A program made the position numbers and the translations under genes. The notes under the pieces are model-generated. The model was not told where the DNA came from, did not search any database, and was given only the letters and a program-made list of their open reading frames with translations. From Candidatus Moraniibacteriota bacterium (GTDB lineage Bacteria > Patescibacteriota > Minisyncoccia > Moranbacterales > UBA2206): a stretch of 64,000 nucleotides of DNA. Shown here piece by piece: positions 18,963 through 28,377 of this stretch (position 1 is its first letter; every line of letters starts with the position of its first letter). Where the stretch lies: assembly GCA_026396175.1 (NCBI GenBank), contig JAPLXG010000002.1, forward strand, positions 25,490 through 89,489. Reading direction: 5' to 3'.

Positions 18963-20423
18963 CTAGTTAGTATTTTGCTTAACTTCAAAATTCAAATCAC
19001 TATTCATCATTTGCTCTTGGTTAAATTCACCGTCTTTCGTTTTGACATGAACTTTCACTGGAATATCAGATACACCAGATTGTTTCTGGATGAGCAGTTT
19101 GTAATTATCCCGTGGAAAATCCGCCGGCAACTCATATTTGATTTTCGCGTCAGTCTGGCCACCGATCAGCACGTGCCCCATAAAACCGATCCAACTCTTG
19201 CCAAAATCCTCTCCGGCACTGATGTTATTCACCATCGTTCGCTCCAAAAGCGCTGCGCCCTTGGGCAAATAAAGTCGCATATAGGTGTGATAATCGCTGG
19301 TACGCCAGTCGCCGTACGGTGCGGTGTTCTTGTAGAGAATTTCCAAATTAACTGTCGGCTTTTCCGTTGTAAGATCAATATCATAGTTAATTTCTCGCTT
19401 CATATAATAATCGGTTTTCAAAGCTCCCATATTGGCATCCACCATCATCAGATAATCGCCGCCCCAATCTTTCGCCACCTCTCCTGTCCAAAAAACACTG
19501 GCCGAAAGTGCTTGCAAATTTTCATCTTTAAAATTGACCATCACATTCTTGGAACGAAATTCTTGATGGGCTAATTCCGTCAGTTTGGAAATATTGCCAA
19601 AGGTAAAAAGTTTGTTGATAATAATCGGCAATAATTGTTTCATCACCGCTTTCCGGTTTTGGGTGTCGATTGACGGATTCATAATGTATTGCTTTTCCAC
19701 TAACTCTTCCAGCTTCAAAAAGGCATTGTCAGAATTGAGCTCCACGTTATATCCCGGCACAGTAACCGGTCCGGTCAATTTCAAGATATCATTTAGAACC
19801 TGCGAGTTGACCGCAATCACTCCGTCAAAATCACTACTGCCTCTGCCACTCAAACGATAGAAATATTCGGCCTTAGCAACATTAGTGGGAAAATCCGGTG
19901 AAAAATTGGAATCGCGAAACTTCCAATTCTTGAGACTCATCATTCGTTCAAAAGGATAAGGTGTGGGAATCTTGGCTTGAATCCGTTGATCCAAGAGATT
20001 GGCATCTTCAAAATATGATGAAAGCACCTCGCCGTCTTTGATTTTGATAATTGCATACTGACCCAAAAAACCGCCGCCGGGGCGCAACTCCATATTATTT
20101 TGCAAAAGCAGCATAAAGGTTTTGGTTTTTCCGTCTTTTTGGGTAAAATTATCGACTAGCGTATTCAATACAGACAATTCCTTTTGTTCATCCTTGGTGA
20201 TTGGCAAAAGGCTGGAAAACCGATTCAAGGCCGAGAGTGTTTTTATTCCGATTATTTGCTTGTTACTTTTGACGAAGGAAAACAGAAAAAAACAGATCAA
20301 GATGAAAACAACAACAAAAATTAGCCTCTTCACGCTCTTTTTCCCAAGGAATTTTTTTAGCGCCGAGTAAAATTTATTCTCGGACTTATTAGTTCTCCTC
20401 GGTTCGAAATTTATATTTGGCAT
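18963..20423 (-). CDS. DUF4012-like membrane-anchored protein (paralog A)
   Basis: N-terminal TM then conserved block TFMLLLQNNMELRPGGGFLGQYAIIKIKDGEV shared with 47215..48588. Confidence 0.7.
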   Translation of the reverse strand: MPNINFEPRRTNKSENKFYSALKKFLGKKSVKRLIFVVVFILICFFLFSFVKSNKQIIGIKTLSALNRFSSLLPITKDEQKELSVLNTLVDNFTQKDGKTKTFMLLLQNNMELRPGGGFLGQYAIIKIKDGEVLSSYFEDANLLDQRIQAKIPTPYPFERMMSLKNWKFRDSNFSPDFPTNVAKAEYFYRLSGRGSSDFDGVIAVNSQVLNDILKLTGPVTVPGYNVELNSDNAFLKLEELVEKQYIMNPSIDTQNRKAVMKQLLPIIINKLFTFGNISKLTELAHQEFRSKNVMVNFKDENLQALSASVFWTGEVAKDWGGDYLMMVDANMGALKTDYYMKREINYDIDLTTEKPTVNLEILYKNTAPYGDWRTSDYHTYMRLYLPKGAALLERTMVNNISAGEDFGKSWIGFMGHVLIGGQTDAKIKYELPADFPRDNYKLLIQKQSGVSDIPVKVHVKTKDGEFNQEQMMNSDLNFEVKQNTN

Positions 20424-20527
20424 AGGTTAGTATAATTTTGTTTCATTTTCCGCAAAGACTCCAAGCTTAGAATATTTGCCTAATTAAGGTTTAGAAAACA
20501 TTTTAATTCTAGCCCAAATATGCCAGT

Positions 20528-22321
20528 TTGGCAAAATGCCTTTTTACCGATATAATAGGAGCAATGAAAATACCGACTAATTTCAATGGATATCGGCTTT
20601 TTTCCGCCCTGGGAATTTTTATTTTAGGGTTGGAATTTTTGGCGATTATTCTCACGCTCCTTCGAATTTTCTATTGGCCGATTTTAGCCGTCTATTTCTT
20701 AGTCGGAATTATTTTACTGGCAGCACTTTTTTTTCACAATTGGAAAAAAATAAATCGCTGGCAAATTCTAGCCGCCTCATTGCTTTCTCTTTTGGCAATC
20801 AGCTTTTTTTCGCTCCACGCTGAGCCGTCGATTTTTTCCGGACGCGATCAGGGTTCATTCAGTGAAGCGGCGGTCAGACTTTCCCAAAATCACCAATTGG
20901 AGTTTGAAACACCCACTTCGAAGGAATTTTTCAAAATTTATGGCCCGGGTATAGCGCTTAACTTTCCCGGCTTTAGCTACACTCAAGCAGGAGCATTAAT
21001 CACTCATTTTTCACTGGGCTATATCGCTTGGTTGGCTGTCTTTTATGCTCTTTTTGGTCTTTCCGGTTTTTCCGTTGCCAATGGCGTTTTACTATTTCTT
21101 TTCTTGCTTTCTTTTTTTGCCTTGGTAAAAGTTCACACCAACCTGAAATCTGCCTGGCTCGGGCTAGCGCTCGCAATCAGCAGTTTCATTTTTTCCTGGT
21201 TTTTCAAATTAACCTTGAGCGAAAATCTTGCCCTAGGTTTCATCTGGTTTAGCATTTTGGAATTTTCACTATTTTTGAAATATCGCGACCAACTTTTTCT
21301 ACTTTCCGCTCTTTCGGCGTTTCTCCTCTTAGCTTTCACGCGACTGGAAGCCTGGGCACTCCTCGCGATGTTTGGAATTGTGCTTTTTCTTTTTCAAAAG
21401 AAAGAAAAAAATCTTTTTTCAAAAATTGAAAAACGAAAAGTATTTTGGCTTTTGGGCGTTTTTTTGGCAACATATATTGTTGCGCTCAAAGTTAATAGCC
21501 AATTCTATCTTTCTTCCGCGAAAGGTCTCTTGCATTCTTTTTCCTCCGGAGAAAACAGCCTCGGCGCCATTTCCGCGCTAACTTATTTGAGCAAAGTTTT
21601 TTATTATTACAATCTTTTGATTTTTATCATAATTGGAGCATTGGGAATTTTTTATTTTTTCTACAAGAAAAAATATTTCTTTTTGGTTCCTTTCCTTGTT
21701 CTCTTGCCTCTACTTGTCTATCTCATCCACCCGGGAATCTCTCTCGACCACCCCTGGATGCTGCGTCGCTTTTCTTTTGCCATTATTCCTCTGGGCATTT
21801 TTTACACCACTCTCATCGCTGACCGCCTATTCTCCAAACAAATTTATTTCTCCATCCTTGCGACACTATTGGTTGTTGCCAACTTAACTTTTTCCCTGCC
21901 CTATGCTACTTTTTCCGAAAACGCTGGTTTGCTCAATCAAACAAGGGCGCTCGGTAATAATTTTTCCGCTACTGATTTGGTGCTCGTTGATCAATTAGCT
22001 TCAGGCGATGGCTGGTCAATGATCGGCAGCCCCCTAAATTTCCTCTATGGAAAACAAGCGGTCTATTTTTTTAACCAAAACGACCTTGGAAAAATTGACC
22101 TGAAAAAATTCACCAATGCCTATTTTATCATTCCCAATGAAAGCTTAGCTTCCTATGAAAAATTTGGTATACTGGAAAAATTAATCCCCCAAAAAGATTA
22201 TCAGCTAGAAAGAAAATATCTCATCGTTCCAGATCTCTCAAAAGATAGCGGTTTTTTTCAAGAACTCCCGATTGAGACTCAAATCACAACTACGGGCAAA
22301 ATTTATTTATTGAATCAATAG
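20528..22321 (+). CDS. Polytopic membrane protein, possible GT-C type glycosyltransferase
   Basis: More than 12 TM helices with an extracytoplasmic C-terminal domain. Functional assignment is by architecture only. Confidence 0.4.
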   Translation: MAKCLFTDIIGAMKIPTNFNGYRLFSALGIFILGLEFLAIILTLLRIFYWPILAVYFLVGIILLAALFFHNWKKINRWQILAASLLSLLAISFFSLHAEPSIFSGRDQGSFSEAAVRLSQNHQLEFETPTSKEFFKIYGPGIALNFPGFSYTQAGALITHFSLGYIAWLAVFYALFGLSGFSVANGVLLFLFLLSFFALVKVHTNLKSAWLGLALAISSFIFSWFFKLTLSENLALGFIWFSILEFSLFLKYRDQLFLLSALSAFLLLAFTRLEAWALLAMFGIVLFLFQKKEKNLFSKIEKRKVFWLLGVFLATYIVALKVNSQFYLSSAKGLLHSFSSGENSLGAISALTYLSKVFYYYNLLIFIIIGALGIFYFFYKKKYFFLVPFLVLLPLLVYLIHPGISLDHPWMLRRFSFAIIPLGIFYTTLIADRLFSKQIYFSILATLLVVANLTFSLPYATFSENAGLLNQTRALGNNFSATDLVLVDQLASGDGWSMIGSPLNFLYGKQAVYFFNQNDLGKIDLKKFTNAYFIIPNESLASYEKFGILEKLIPQKDYQLERKYLIVPDLSKDSGFFQELPIETQITTTGKIYLLNQ

Positions 22322-22333
22322 CAAAAAAATATT

Positions 22334-22562
22334 CCCTTCTCCATCAGGGAGAAGCCTGCCTGCCGGTAGGCAGGGTGGCCGAAGGCCGGATGAGGGAGAA
22401 GCAGTTTGATTAGTAACAAGTTAGCTTTGTTTAGATTATTCTTAATATATAGCCCTTGCCCTCACCTGTCGCGTGCTCGCGACATCCTCTCCCGAAGGGA
22501 GAGGAGGAATTGACCCCATTCGTATATTCGTACAAATTCGCCTGCCTGCCGGTAGGCAGGTA
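22334..22562. repeat. GC-rich multi-hairpin composite repeat, copy 1 (A module CTTCTCC..GGAGAAG / CCTGCC-GGTA-GGCAGG / GGCCGAAGGCC; B module CCTCACCTGTCGCG..CGCGAC / CTCTCCC..GGGAGAG)
   Basis: Directly visible tandem stem-loops. Same architecture recurs at 24530 and 32409. Confidence 0.7.
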
Positions 22563-22577
22563 ATTCGTAAAGACATC

Positions 22578-23924
22578 ATGCTTGACCTAACCAAAGAAAT
22601 CAAACTGGACGAAAAAAACTCTCGGCGTTACCGTCGCCTGCAGGCTTTCTTTTATGCTTTTTGTTTTGTGGCCGCCACCTATGTCGCCTATTTCATTTTC
22701 TTCCCGACCCAAGAATTTAATTTTTCTTTCTTGATGCTCACATCCAACAAAGGCAACGCGCTGAATCCTCGAGACGTCAAGGGAACACTAATTACCGATG
22801 GAAAATTTCCTACCGGGCAACATGCTTATTTCGACGCGTCGCTCGTCGGCAGCTTTTCTAAGATCAAGTTGAGTTTTACGCCTAACCGACAATCATTGAG
22901 TCCGGAAAATTCTCACATCGATTTGCGCAAGTCCTATCGCGCTTTTCTCTATCCCGAAGGACAACCGATTGGATTCAAAGATGGCACGCTCATCAAAAAC
23001 CAAAATGGTTCTTATCTGGTTTCTGACGGAAAACTAAGAAAATTTGCGAGTTCCACAATCGCTGACGCCCTGGGCTTTCCCAAAGAGGCTTTTCTTGCGA
23101 TTGATAGTGATGCTGATTTGAAATATAATCCCTCGGGTGACGATATTACCGATACAAAAAATTATCCCGCCGATTCAATTTTCAAAATTAACGAGAATTA
23201 TTATTTATTGGCTACTGATGGAGCGCTAGAAAAGTTTATCAGCGCCGGCGCTTTTCATAGTCAATACGACGAGAGTTTAGTCATTTCCAAAACTGCCGAT
23301 TTTCTCAACAGCTATCCTGTCGCGAAAGATCCTCTTGGATTTGCCGATGGATCATTAGTTTCCTATGGATCATCAGCTTACATCGTCAGTAAAAATAAAA
23401 TTTATCCCATCGGCGACCCGGATATTTTCGTCAATCAAGGTTATTCTTGGGATGATATCATTACCATCAGCGGCGATGAATTTTCACTCTATGCCAAAGA
23501 AAAACTTTTCACGCTCACTAGCATTCATCCTGATGGAACAATTTTTCTGACATCTGATTCTCATCGGTGGTACCAAATTGAAAATGGACAAAAACACGAA
23601 CTGCCGTCACAAGCAATCGCGCAATCCTGGCTCAAAAAAAATCCCATCTCGGTTTCCGCTAAAAGCCTTGAGATCTTGGGCAGCTGCGACCTCAAAAAAG
23701 AATTTTTTGGCAATTATTTTTGCCTCATTCCTTTGGATGACACAAAAGACTCAGCCGGAAAATATTATGAATTTACCCTTGCTCCAAAAGATAATCTCAA
23801 AATCGACAATCTCAATCTGCTCTATGAAAAAAATATGACAATGCAAAACCTGAAGCTAGCCGTGCGTAGTATGATTTTGAAAATAAAAGCGCACTATGGA
23901 ATCCAAAGCGCGCCACAACAATAG
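22578..23924 (+). CDS. Hypothetical membrane-anchored extracytoplasmic protein
   Basis: Start trimmed to the internal Met, because the ORF-track N-terminus (22473-22577) is translation of the repeat element. N-terminal TM (FFYAFCFVAATYVAYFIFF). Confidence 0.5.
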   Translation: MLDLTKEIKLDEKNSRRYRRLQAFFYAFCFVAATYVAYFIFFPTQEFNFSFLMLTSNKGNALNPRDVKGTLITDGKFPTGQHAYFDASLVGSFSKIKLSFTPNRQSLSPENSHIDLRKSYRAFLYPEGQPIGFKDGTLIKNQNGSYLVSDGKLRKFASSTIADALGFPKEAFLAIDSDADLKYNPSGDDITDTKNYPADSIFKINENYYLLATDGALEKFISAGAFHSQYDESLVISKTADFLNSYPVAKDPLGFADGSLVSYGSSAYIVSKNKIYPIGDPDIFVNQGYSWDDIITISGDEFSLYAKEKLFTLTSIHPDGTIFLTSDSHRWYQIENGQKHELPSQAIAQSWLKKNPISVSAKSLEILGSCDLKKEFFGNYFCLIPLDDTKDSAGKYYEFTLAPKDNLKIDNLNLLYEKNMTMQNLKLAVRSMILKIKAHYGIQSAPQQ

Positions 23925-23950
23925 CCTGGTGTCATCCTGAGCGGAATAAA

Positions 23951-24079
23951 TTTTCGCTAGAAAATTTATGAAGTCGAAGGATCTGTTCACTATCACCACT
24001 AGCTTAGCGATTCATAGGAAAACTACGGATTATTTACAGCAGACCCTTCGACTACGCTCTGCTTCGCTCAGGATGACAA
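23951..24079 (+). mobile_element. MITE-like element copy 3
   Basis: Same TIRs (TGTCATCCTGAGCG / GCTCAGGATGACAA) and internal modules as copies 1-2, with a different centre. Confidence 0.7.
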
Positions 24080-24123
24080 AATAAAAAATATTCGCCAAAA
24101 AAACTTAAAGAAGCCCTAATTTT

Positions 24124-24516
24124 ATGCAACTAACTAAAAATACTCTTGCAATTTTCTACAAGCTTCTCCACGACAGCCTTTTTATGGCGCTGATTTTCTT
24201 CACCCTCTCCCTTATCGCCGAAGCTGTTCTTCCTGGCATTATCGTTTCCCATATCGGTTTTTCCAAAATGGTAATCGCAATTCTGCTCAACATTTTTTTC
24301 CTCAAGATGTTGGCAAAAAAAATCGCGCCTGATCAAATTGATCAAACGCTTCCCGCAAAAAACAATAGTTTCAATAAAATTCTCTTTCCGCTCATCGCGC
24401 TTGGCGCGCTACTCATTTTCAATAGCCTTTTAGGTATGAATATTTTCTTGAATTTGTTTTTTCTCCTGATTGGTGCCGCTGTTGGATATCTAAGCTACCG
24501 AATTTTGTTCGAGTAA
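24124..24516 (+). CDS. Hypothetical small membrane protein (about 4 TM)
   Basis: Hydrophobic segments throughout. Flanked by MITE copy 3 and composite repeat copy 2. Confidence 0.45.
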   Translation: MQLTKNTLAIFYKLLHDSLFMALIFFTLSLIAEAVLPGIIVSHIGFSKMVIAILLNIFFLKMLAKKIAPDQIDQTLPAKNNSFNKILFPLIALGALLIFNSLLGMNIFLNLFFLLIGAAVGYLSYRILFE

Positions 24517-24529
24517 CTATTTTTTATAT

Positions 24530-24777
24530 CCCCTTCTCCATTAGGGAGAAGCCTGCCTGCCGGTAGGCAGGGTGGCCGAAGACCGGATGAGGGAGGAGTC
24601 TCTCGATAATAACCATTACTAATTTATATAGTTTTTCTTTTTTAACAATGCCCCCATCCCTCACCTGTCGCGAGTACGCGACATCCTCTCCCTAAGGGAG
24701 AAGAGGCATTGAGGAGACTATTCCGTAGCCTCACCTGTCACGTGCTCGTGACATCCTCTCCCTAATGGCGAGGAGGG
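24530..24777. repeat. GC-rich multi-hairpin composite repeat, copy 2 (A module plus two B modules)
   Basis: About 80% identity to copy 3 over about 250 nt, with compensatory stem changes (GTCGCG/CGCGAC vs GTCACG/CGTGAC). Confidence 0.7.
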
Positions 24778-24790
24778 ATTCAATACGCAA

Positions 24791-25906
24791 CTAACTTTTG
24801 ATATATTCCAACGTTTCCCTCGCGCATTTTTCCCAAGAAAATTTCTTGATTTGCAAAAGACCCTTTTTAATCATTTCAGTTCTCAAGTTTTCATCATTAA
24901 GGACTAGCTCGATCTTCTCTGCTAAATCAGCAGGATTTTTTTCTTGAAAATACAAAGGAGCATCACCTCCTGCTTCGCCAAGACTGGAGTTAAGCGCACA
25001 AATCAGCGGTACGCGCGAGGCTAAAATCTCGAGTACTGGAATACCAAAACCCTCATAGAGCGAAGGATAGACATAGACATTTGCACCGCGAACTAAGTGA
25101 CCCATGTCGGAAAAAGTCAGCCGACCCGGCGTGATGATATCTTTTTGAAATGGACTTTTTTTGATCTGATCAAAAACACCATTGGAAAGCCAGGCCTTTT
25201 CTCCGGCAATCACCAATTTTATTTCTGATTTGGTTTTTGTTTTGAAAAGATTAAAAGCGTCAACTAAAACACCTAAATTTTTTCTCGGCTGGATCGCTCC
25301 GGCATATAAAATATAGTCTCCCGCAATGTCCATTCTGTTTTTCACTTCTTGCTCGATGGAAAAATCACGCGCAACAGAAAAAACTTCGGCGTCAAATCCA
25401 TGATAGATAACCCTAATCAGACTTTCCGGCACGCTGGGATAGAATTTCAAAATATCTTTTTTGGTCGACTCGGAAATTGCGATGATTTTATCCGCTTTTG
25501 TAAACGCCCACTTTCCCAACAAGTTTAATTTGAATAAATCCTTTTTGGGGAAATACTCCGGAAAATATTTATAGGCCAAATCGTGCGCTGTTACTACCGT
25601 TTTCATTTTTGGTCCGTGCAGAATTGGAATGTTGTGCATTGGCATCCAAAGCACGTCAGGTTTGTCACGACGCAATTGTCCGCAAAGCCATAGCTGGGTC
25701 CAAAATAAGGGAAAGTTTTTCTGTTTGATTTTGTAATTCGGAAAATCAGGCGGCACAAGTTCAGGATTAAACTTATTTTTGTGGTACAAAAAAAACTCGC
25801 TAGCCGGATCCAGCTTACCAAAAAATTTGAGCATGTTGTGAATATAAACGCGAGTCCCGTCAATCCGACTCGCGTCTAGGTCTGCAACTTGAATGGCGAT
25901 TTTCAT
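24791..25906 (-). CDS. GT4 glycosyltransferase
   Basis: GT-B fold; EGFGIPVLE (E-x7-E) motif. Confidence 0.8.
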   Translation of the reverse strand: MKIAIQVADLDASRIDGTRVYIHNMLKFFGKLDPASEFFLYHKNKFNPELVPPDFPNYKIKQKNFPLFWTQLWLCGQLRRDKPDVLWMPMHNIPILHGPKMKTVVTAHDLAYKYFPEYFPKKDLFKLNLLGKWAFTKADKIIAISESTKKDILKFYPSVPESLIRVIYHGFDAEVFSVARDFSIEQEVKNRMDIAGDYILYAGAIQPRKNLGVLVDAFNLFKTKTKSEIKLVIAGEKAWLSNGVFDQIKKSPFQKDIITPGRLTFSDMGHLVRGANVYVYPSLYEGFGIPVLEILASRVPLICALNSSLGEAGGDAPLYFQEKNPADLAEKIELVLNDENLRTEMIKKGLLQIKKFSWEKCARETLEYIKS

Positions 25907-25918
25907 TGAGTGAATAAT

Positions 25919-26785
25919 TTAGAACTTCAGGCTTTTTAAATAATTTTTTAACTTCTCGCCTACTTCCGGATGCTTAAGCCCAATATGCACGACTGCTTTT
26001 AAGAAATTAAACTTGTCCCCTGTGTCAAGCCATACCCCATCCAAAATTCGACCATAAATCGGCCGACCTTTTTCTATCATCGCTTCAAAAGCGTCAATCA
26101 GGCGGATCTCACCTGAATTGCCGTGTTCAATTTTGGATAACTCTTCAAAAACTTCCGGTGTGATAATATATTTACCCACTGCCACCAAGTCCGACTTAGC
26201 CTCTTCTGCCTTAGGTTTTTCCACAACATTTTTTACTTCAATATTTTTTTCATCTAATTTCACGCCATCAAAAACACCGAACTTAGAAACCTCACTTTTT
26301 TCCACTCGACTAAGGCCGATGACCGGATCACCATAGCGCTCAAATGTTTCCATTAGTTGCTTGGTCGATGGCACTTCACTGTCATACATACAATCACCAA
26401 AAATAACCAAAACCGGCTCATCACCGACGATGTGCCTAGCTTGCAAAATCGCATGTCCGTCACCAAGCGGCATCGATTGGCGGACATAGGAAAATTTAGC
26501 AAGGTTGGGAATTCTCTGCACCTCGCGAAGTAAATCATGCTTATTTTTTTCCACTAAAGTTTCTTCCAACTCAAAAGAAATATCAAAATGATCTTCAATC
26601 GCCCTTTTTCCCCGTCCAGTCACAAAAATAATTTCTTCAATTCCTGCCGCAACCGCTTCCTCCACTAAATATTGCACGACCGGCTTATCAACTACTGTGA
26701 GCATTTCTTTTGGTTGCGCTTTAGTGGCTGGTAAAAATCTCGTTCCAAACCCTGCCACTGGCAAAATCGCTTTTTTAATTTTCAT
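25919..26785 (-). CDS. galU: UTP--glucose-1-phosphate uridylyltransferase
   Basis: AILPVAGFGTRFLPATKAQPKEML N-terminal motif typical of GalU. Confidence 0.85.
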   Translation of the reverse strand: MKIKKAILPVAGFGTRFLPATKAQPKEMLTVVDKPVVQYLVEEAVAAGIEEIIFVTGRGKRAIEDHFDISFELEETLVEKNKHDLLREVQRIPNLAKFSYVRQSMPLGDGHAILQARHIVGDEPVLVIFGDCMYDSEVPSTKQLMETFERYGDPVIGLSRVEKSEVSKFGVFDGVKLDEKNIEVKNVVEKPKAEEAKSDLVAVGKYIITPEVFEELSKIEHGNSGEIRLIDAFEAMIEKGRPIYGRILDGVWLDTGDKFNFLKAVVHIGLKHPEVGEKLKNYLKSLKF

Positions 26786-26957
26786 AATGTTTAAAAGTTA
26801 GCTTATTATCGTTGTTTTGACCATATTAAATTTATAGCAGAAATCGAGAGAAAAATCAAAACACAAGAAAACTGCCCCTGATAAGCCCTTTGCCAAAAAT
26901 CGGCTTTTTCGCTATTATTTATAGGTTAGGGAAAATTAACTAATAACAAAGAAAACT

Positions 26958-28250
26958 ATGGCAAATGAAAAAAGGATGAAGTCTGTGGCAATTATTGGTC
27001 TGGGTTATGTCGGTCTGCCTTTAGCGATACGCTGTGTGGAAAGAAACTACACCGTCTATGGACTCGATCTCGATAAAAAGAAAATTGCTTCAATTAAAAA
27101 GGGCCAAAGCCCGTTCAAGGAAGAATTCATCGAACAGCGAAAAAATCTGCTCAAAAAAATTACCGCCTCCACCAATCCAGTAATTTTAAAAAAAGCTGAC
27201 ATCGTGATTGTTTGCGTGCCGACTCCTGTCGATGAAAAATTTTTCCCGATTCTCACTCCGCTCACTTCCGCCACCGAGATGATCGTCAAAAATCATAAAG
27301 TTGGGCAACTCATTATGATCGAATCAACCATCAACCCGGGAATTTGCGATGATGTGATCGCGCCGATTCTCATTGAAGCCGGAATGAAAGAAGGCAAAGA
27401 TTTTTTTCTTGGTCATTGCCCTGAAAGAATCAATCCGGGGGATATTAAATGGAACGTCACCAATATTCCGCGTGTCCTTGGCGCATCATCTCCCCAAGGA
27501 CTCGCTATTGCTAAGGATTTCTATGAATCAATTATCGACGCACCAATCAAACTGATGGGCTCAATCAAAGAAGCGGAAGCTTGCAAAGTGGTGGAAAATT
27601 CTTTCCGTGACATTAACATCGCCTTTGTGAACGAACTGGCAAAAAGTTTTGATAAGCTAGGCATTGACGTCAAAAACGTCATCGATGGCGCCGCCACCAA
27701 ACCTTTTGCCTTTATGGCGCATTATCCCGGCCGCGGCGTCGGTGGACACTGCATTCCGGTTGATCCCTATTATTTAATCGAAAAAGCCAAAGCATCCGGC
27801 TTTGATCACAAATTCCTGCGCGTCGCCAGAGAGATTAATAATTCGATGCCAGCGTATACTGTCGAAGCCATGCAAGATTTGCTCAATGAAGTTAAACTCC
27901 CGATGAAAGACACCGCCATTGGAGTGATGGGTCTTTCCTATAAAGCCAACGTGGATGATCTCCGCGAATCCCCGGCCATCAAAATTATCTCGGAACTGAA
28001 AAAGAAAAAAGCCAAAATCATCCGCTATGACCCGTTCATCAAATCAATGTCCGACGTGCCAAATCTTGCAACATTTCTCAAAAAATGCACCGCCATCATC
28101 CTCGTCACCAACCACAGCGAATTTGCTGCACTAGATCCGAAAGAATTCAAAAAGAATAATATCAAAGCAATTGTCGACGGAATGAATGCCTTGGACAAAA
28201 ACAAGATCAAAAAACTGGGAATCAAGTATCGCGGGATTGGGAGACAATAG
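26958..28250 (+). CDS. Nucleotide-sugar dehydrogenase (UDP-glucose 6-dehydrogenase family)
   Basis: N-terminal Rossmann VAIIGLGYVGLPLA, catalytic Cys region (GGHCIPVDPYY), C-terminal UDP-binding domain. Confidence 0.8.
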   Translation: MANEKRMKSVAIIGLGYVGLPLAIRCVERNYTVYGLDLDKKKIASIKKGQSPFKEEFIEQRKNLLKKITASTNPVILKKADIVIVCVPTPVDEKFFPILTPLTSATEMIVKNHKVGQLIMIESTINPGICDDVIAPILIEAGMKEGKDFFLGHCPERINPGDIKWNVTNIPRVLGASSPQGLAIAKDFYESIIDAPIKLMGSIKEAEACKVVENSFRDINIAFVNELAKSFDKLGIDVKNVIDGAATKPFAFMAHYPGRGVGGHCIPVDPYYLIEKAKASGFDHKFLRVAREINNSMPAYTVEAMQDLLNEVKLPMKDTAIGVMGLSYKANVDDLRESPAIKIISELKKKKAKIIRYDPFIKSMSDVPNLATFLKKCTAIILVTNHSEFAALDPKEFKKNNIKAIVDGMNALDKNKIKKLGIKYRGIGRQ

Positions 28251-28291
28251 TGTTATTCGCTTCGCGAACCCCGCCGCGGCGGGGACATGCA
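28251..28291. repeat. GC-rich palindromic element (TTATTCGCTTCGCGAACCCCGCCGCGGCGGGG family)
   Basis: Perfect 16-nt palindrome CCCCGCCGCGGCGGGG immediately after the dehydrogenase stop. Related copies at 9838..9880 and 43355..43400. Confidence 0.6.
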
Positions 28292-28315
28292 AATAGATTT
28301 TCGATAAAAAAATTT

Positions 28316-28350
28316 AAAAAGCGCTCCCATCTCTGGAGCGCTTTTTGTTT
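28316..28350. terminator. Bidirectional rho-independent terminator (AAAGCGCTCC-ATCTCT-GGAGCGCTTTTT)
   Basis: 9-bp GC stem flanked by A-run and T-run, between convergent genes. Confidence 0.75.
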
Positions 28351-28377
28351 TTAAAATTATTTTAAGCTCCCCAACTT

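Noticed and set aside
22473-22577. N-terminal 35 codons of ORF 22473..23924 (MLATSSPEGRGGIDPIRIFVQIRLPAGRQVIRKDI)
   Set aside because: This stretch is a translation of the GC-rich composite repeat (CCTCTCCCGAAGGGAGAGGAGG, CCTGCCGGTAGGCAGG). The start was moved to the internal Met at 22578, which precedes a TM helix.
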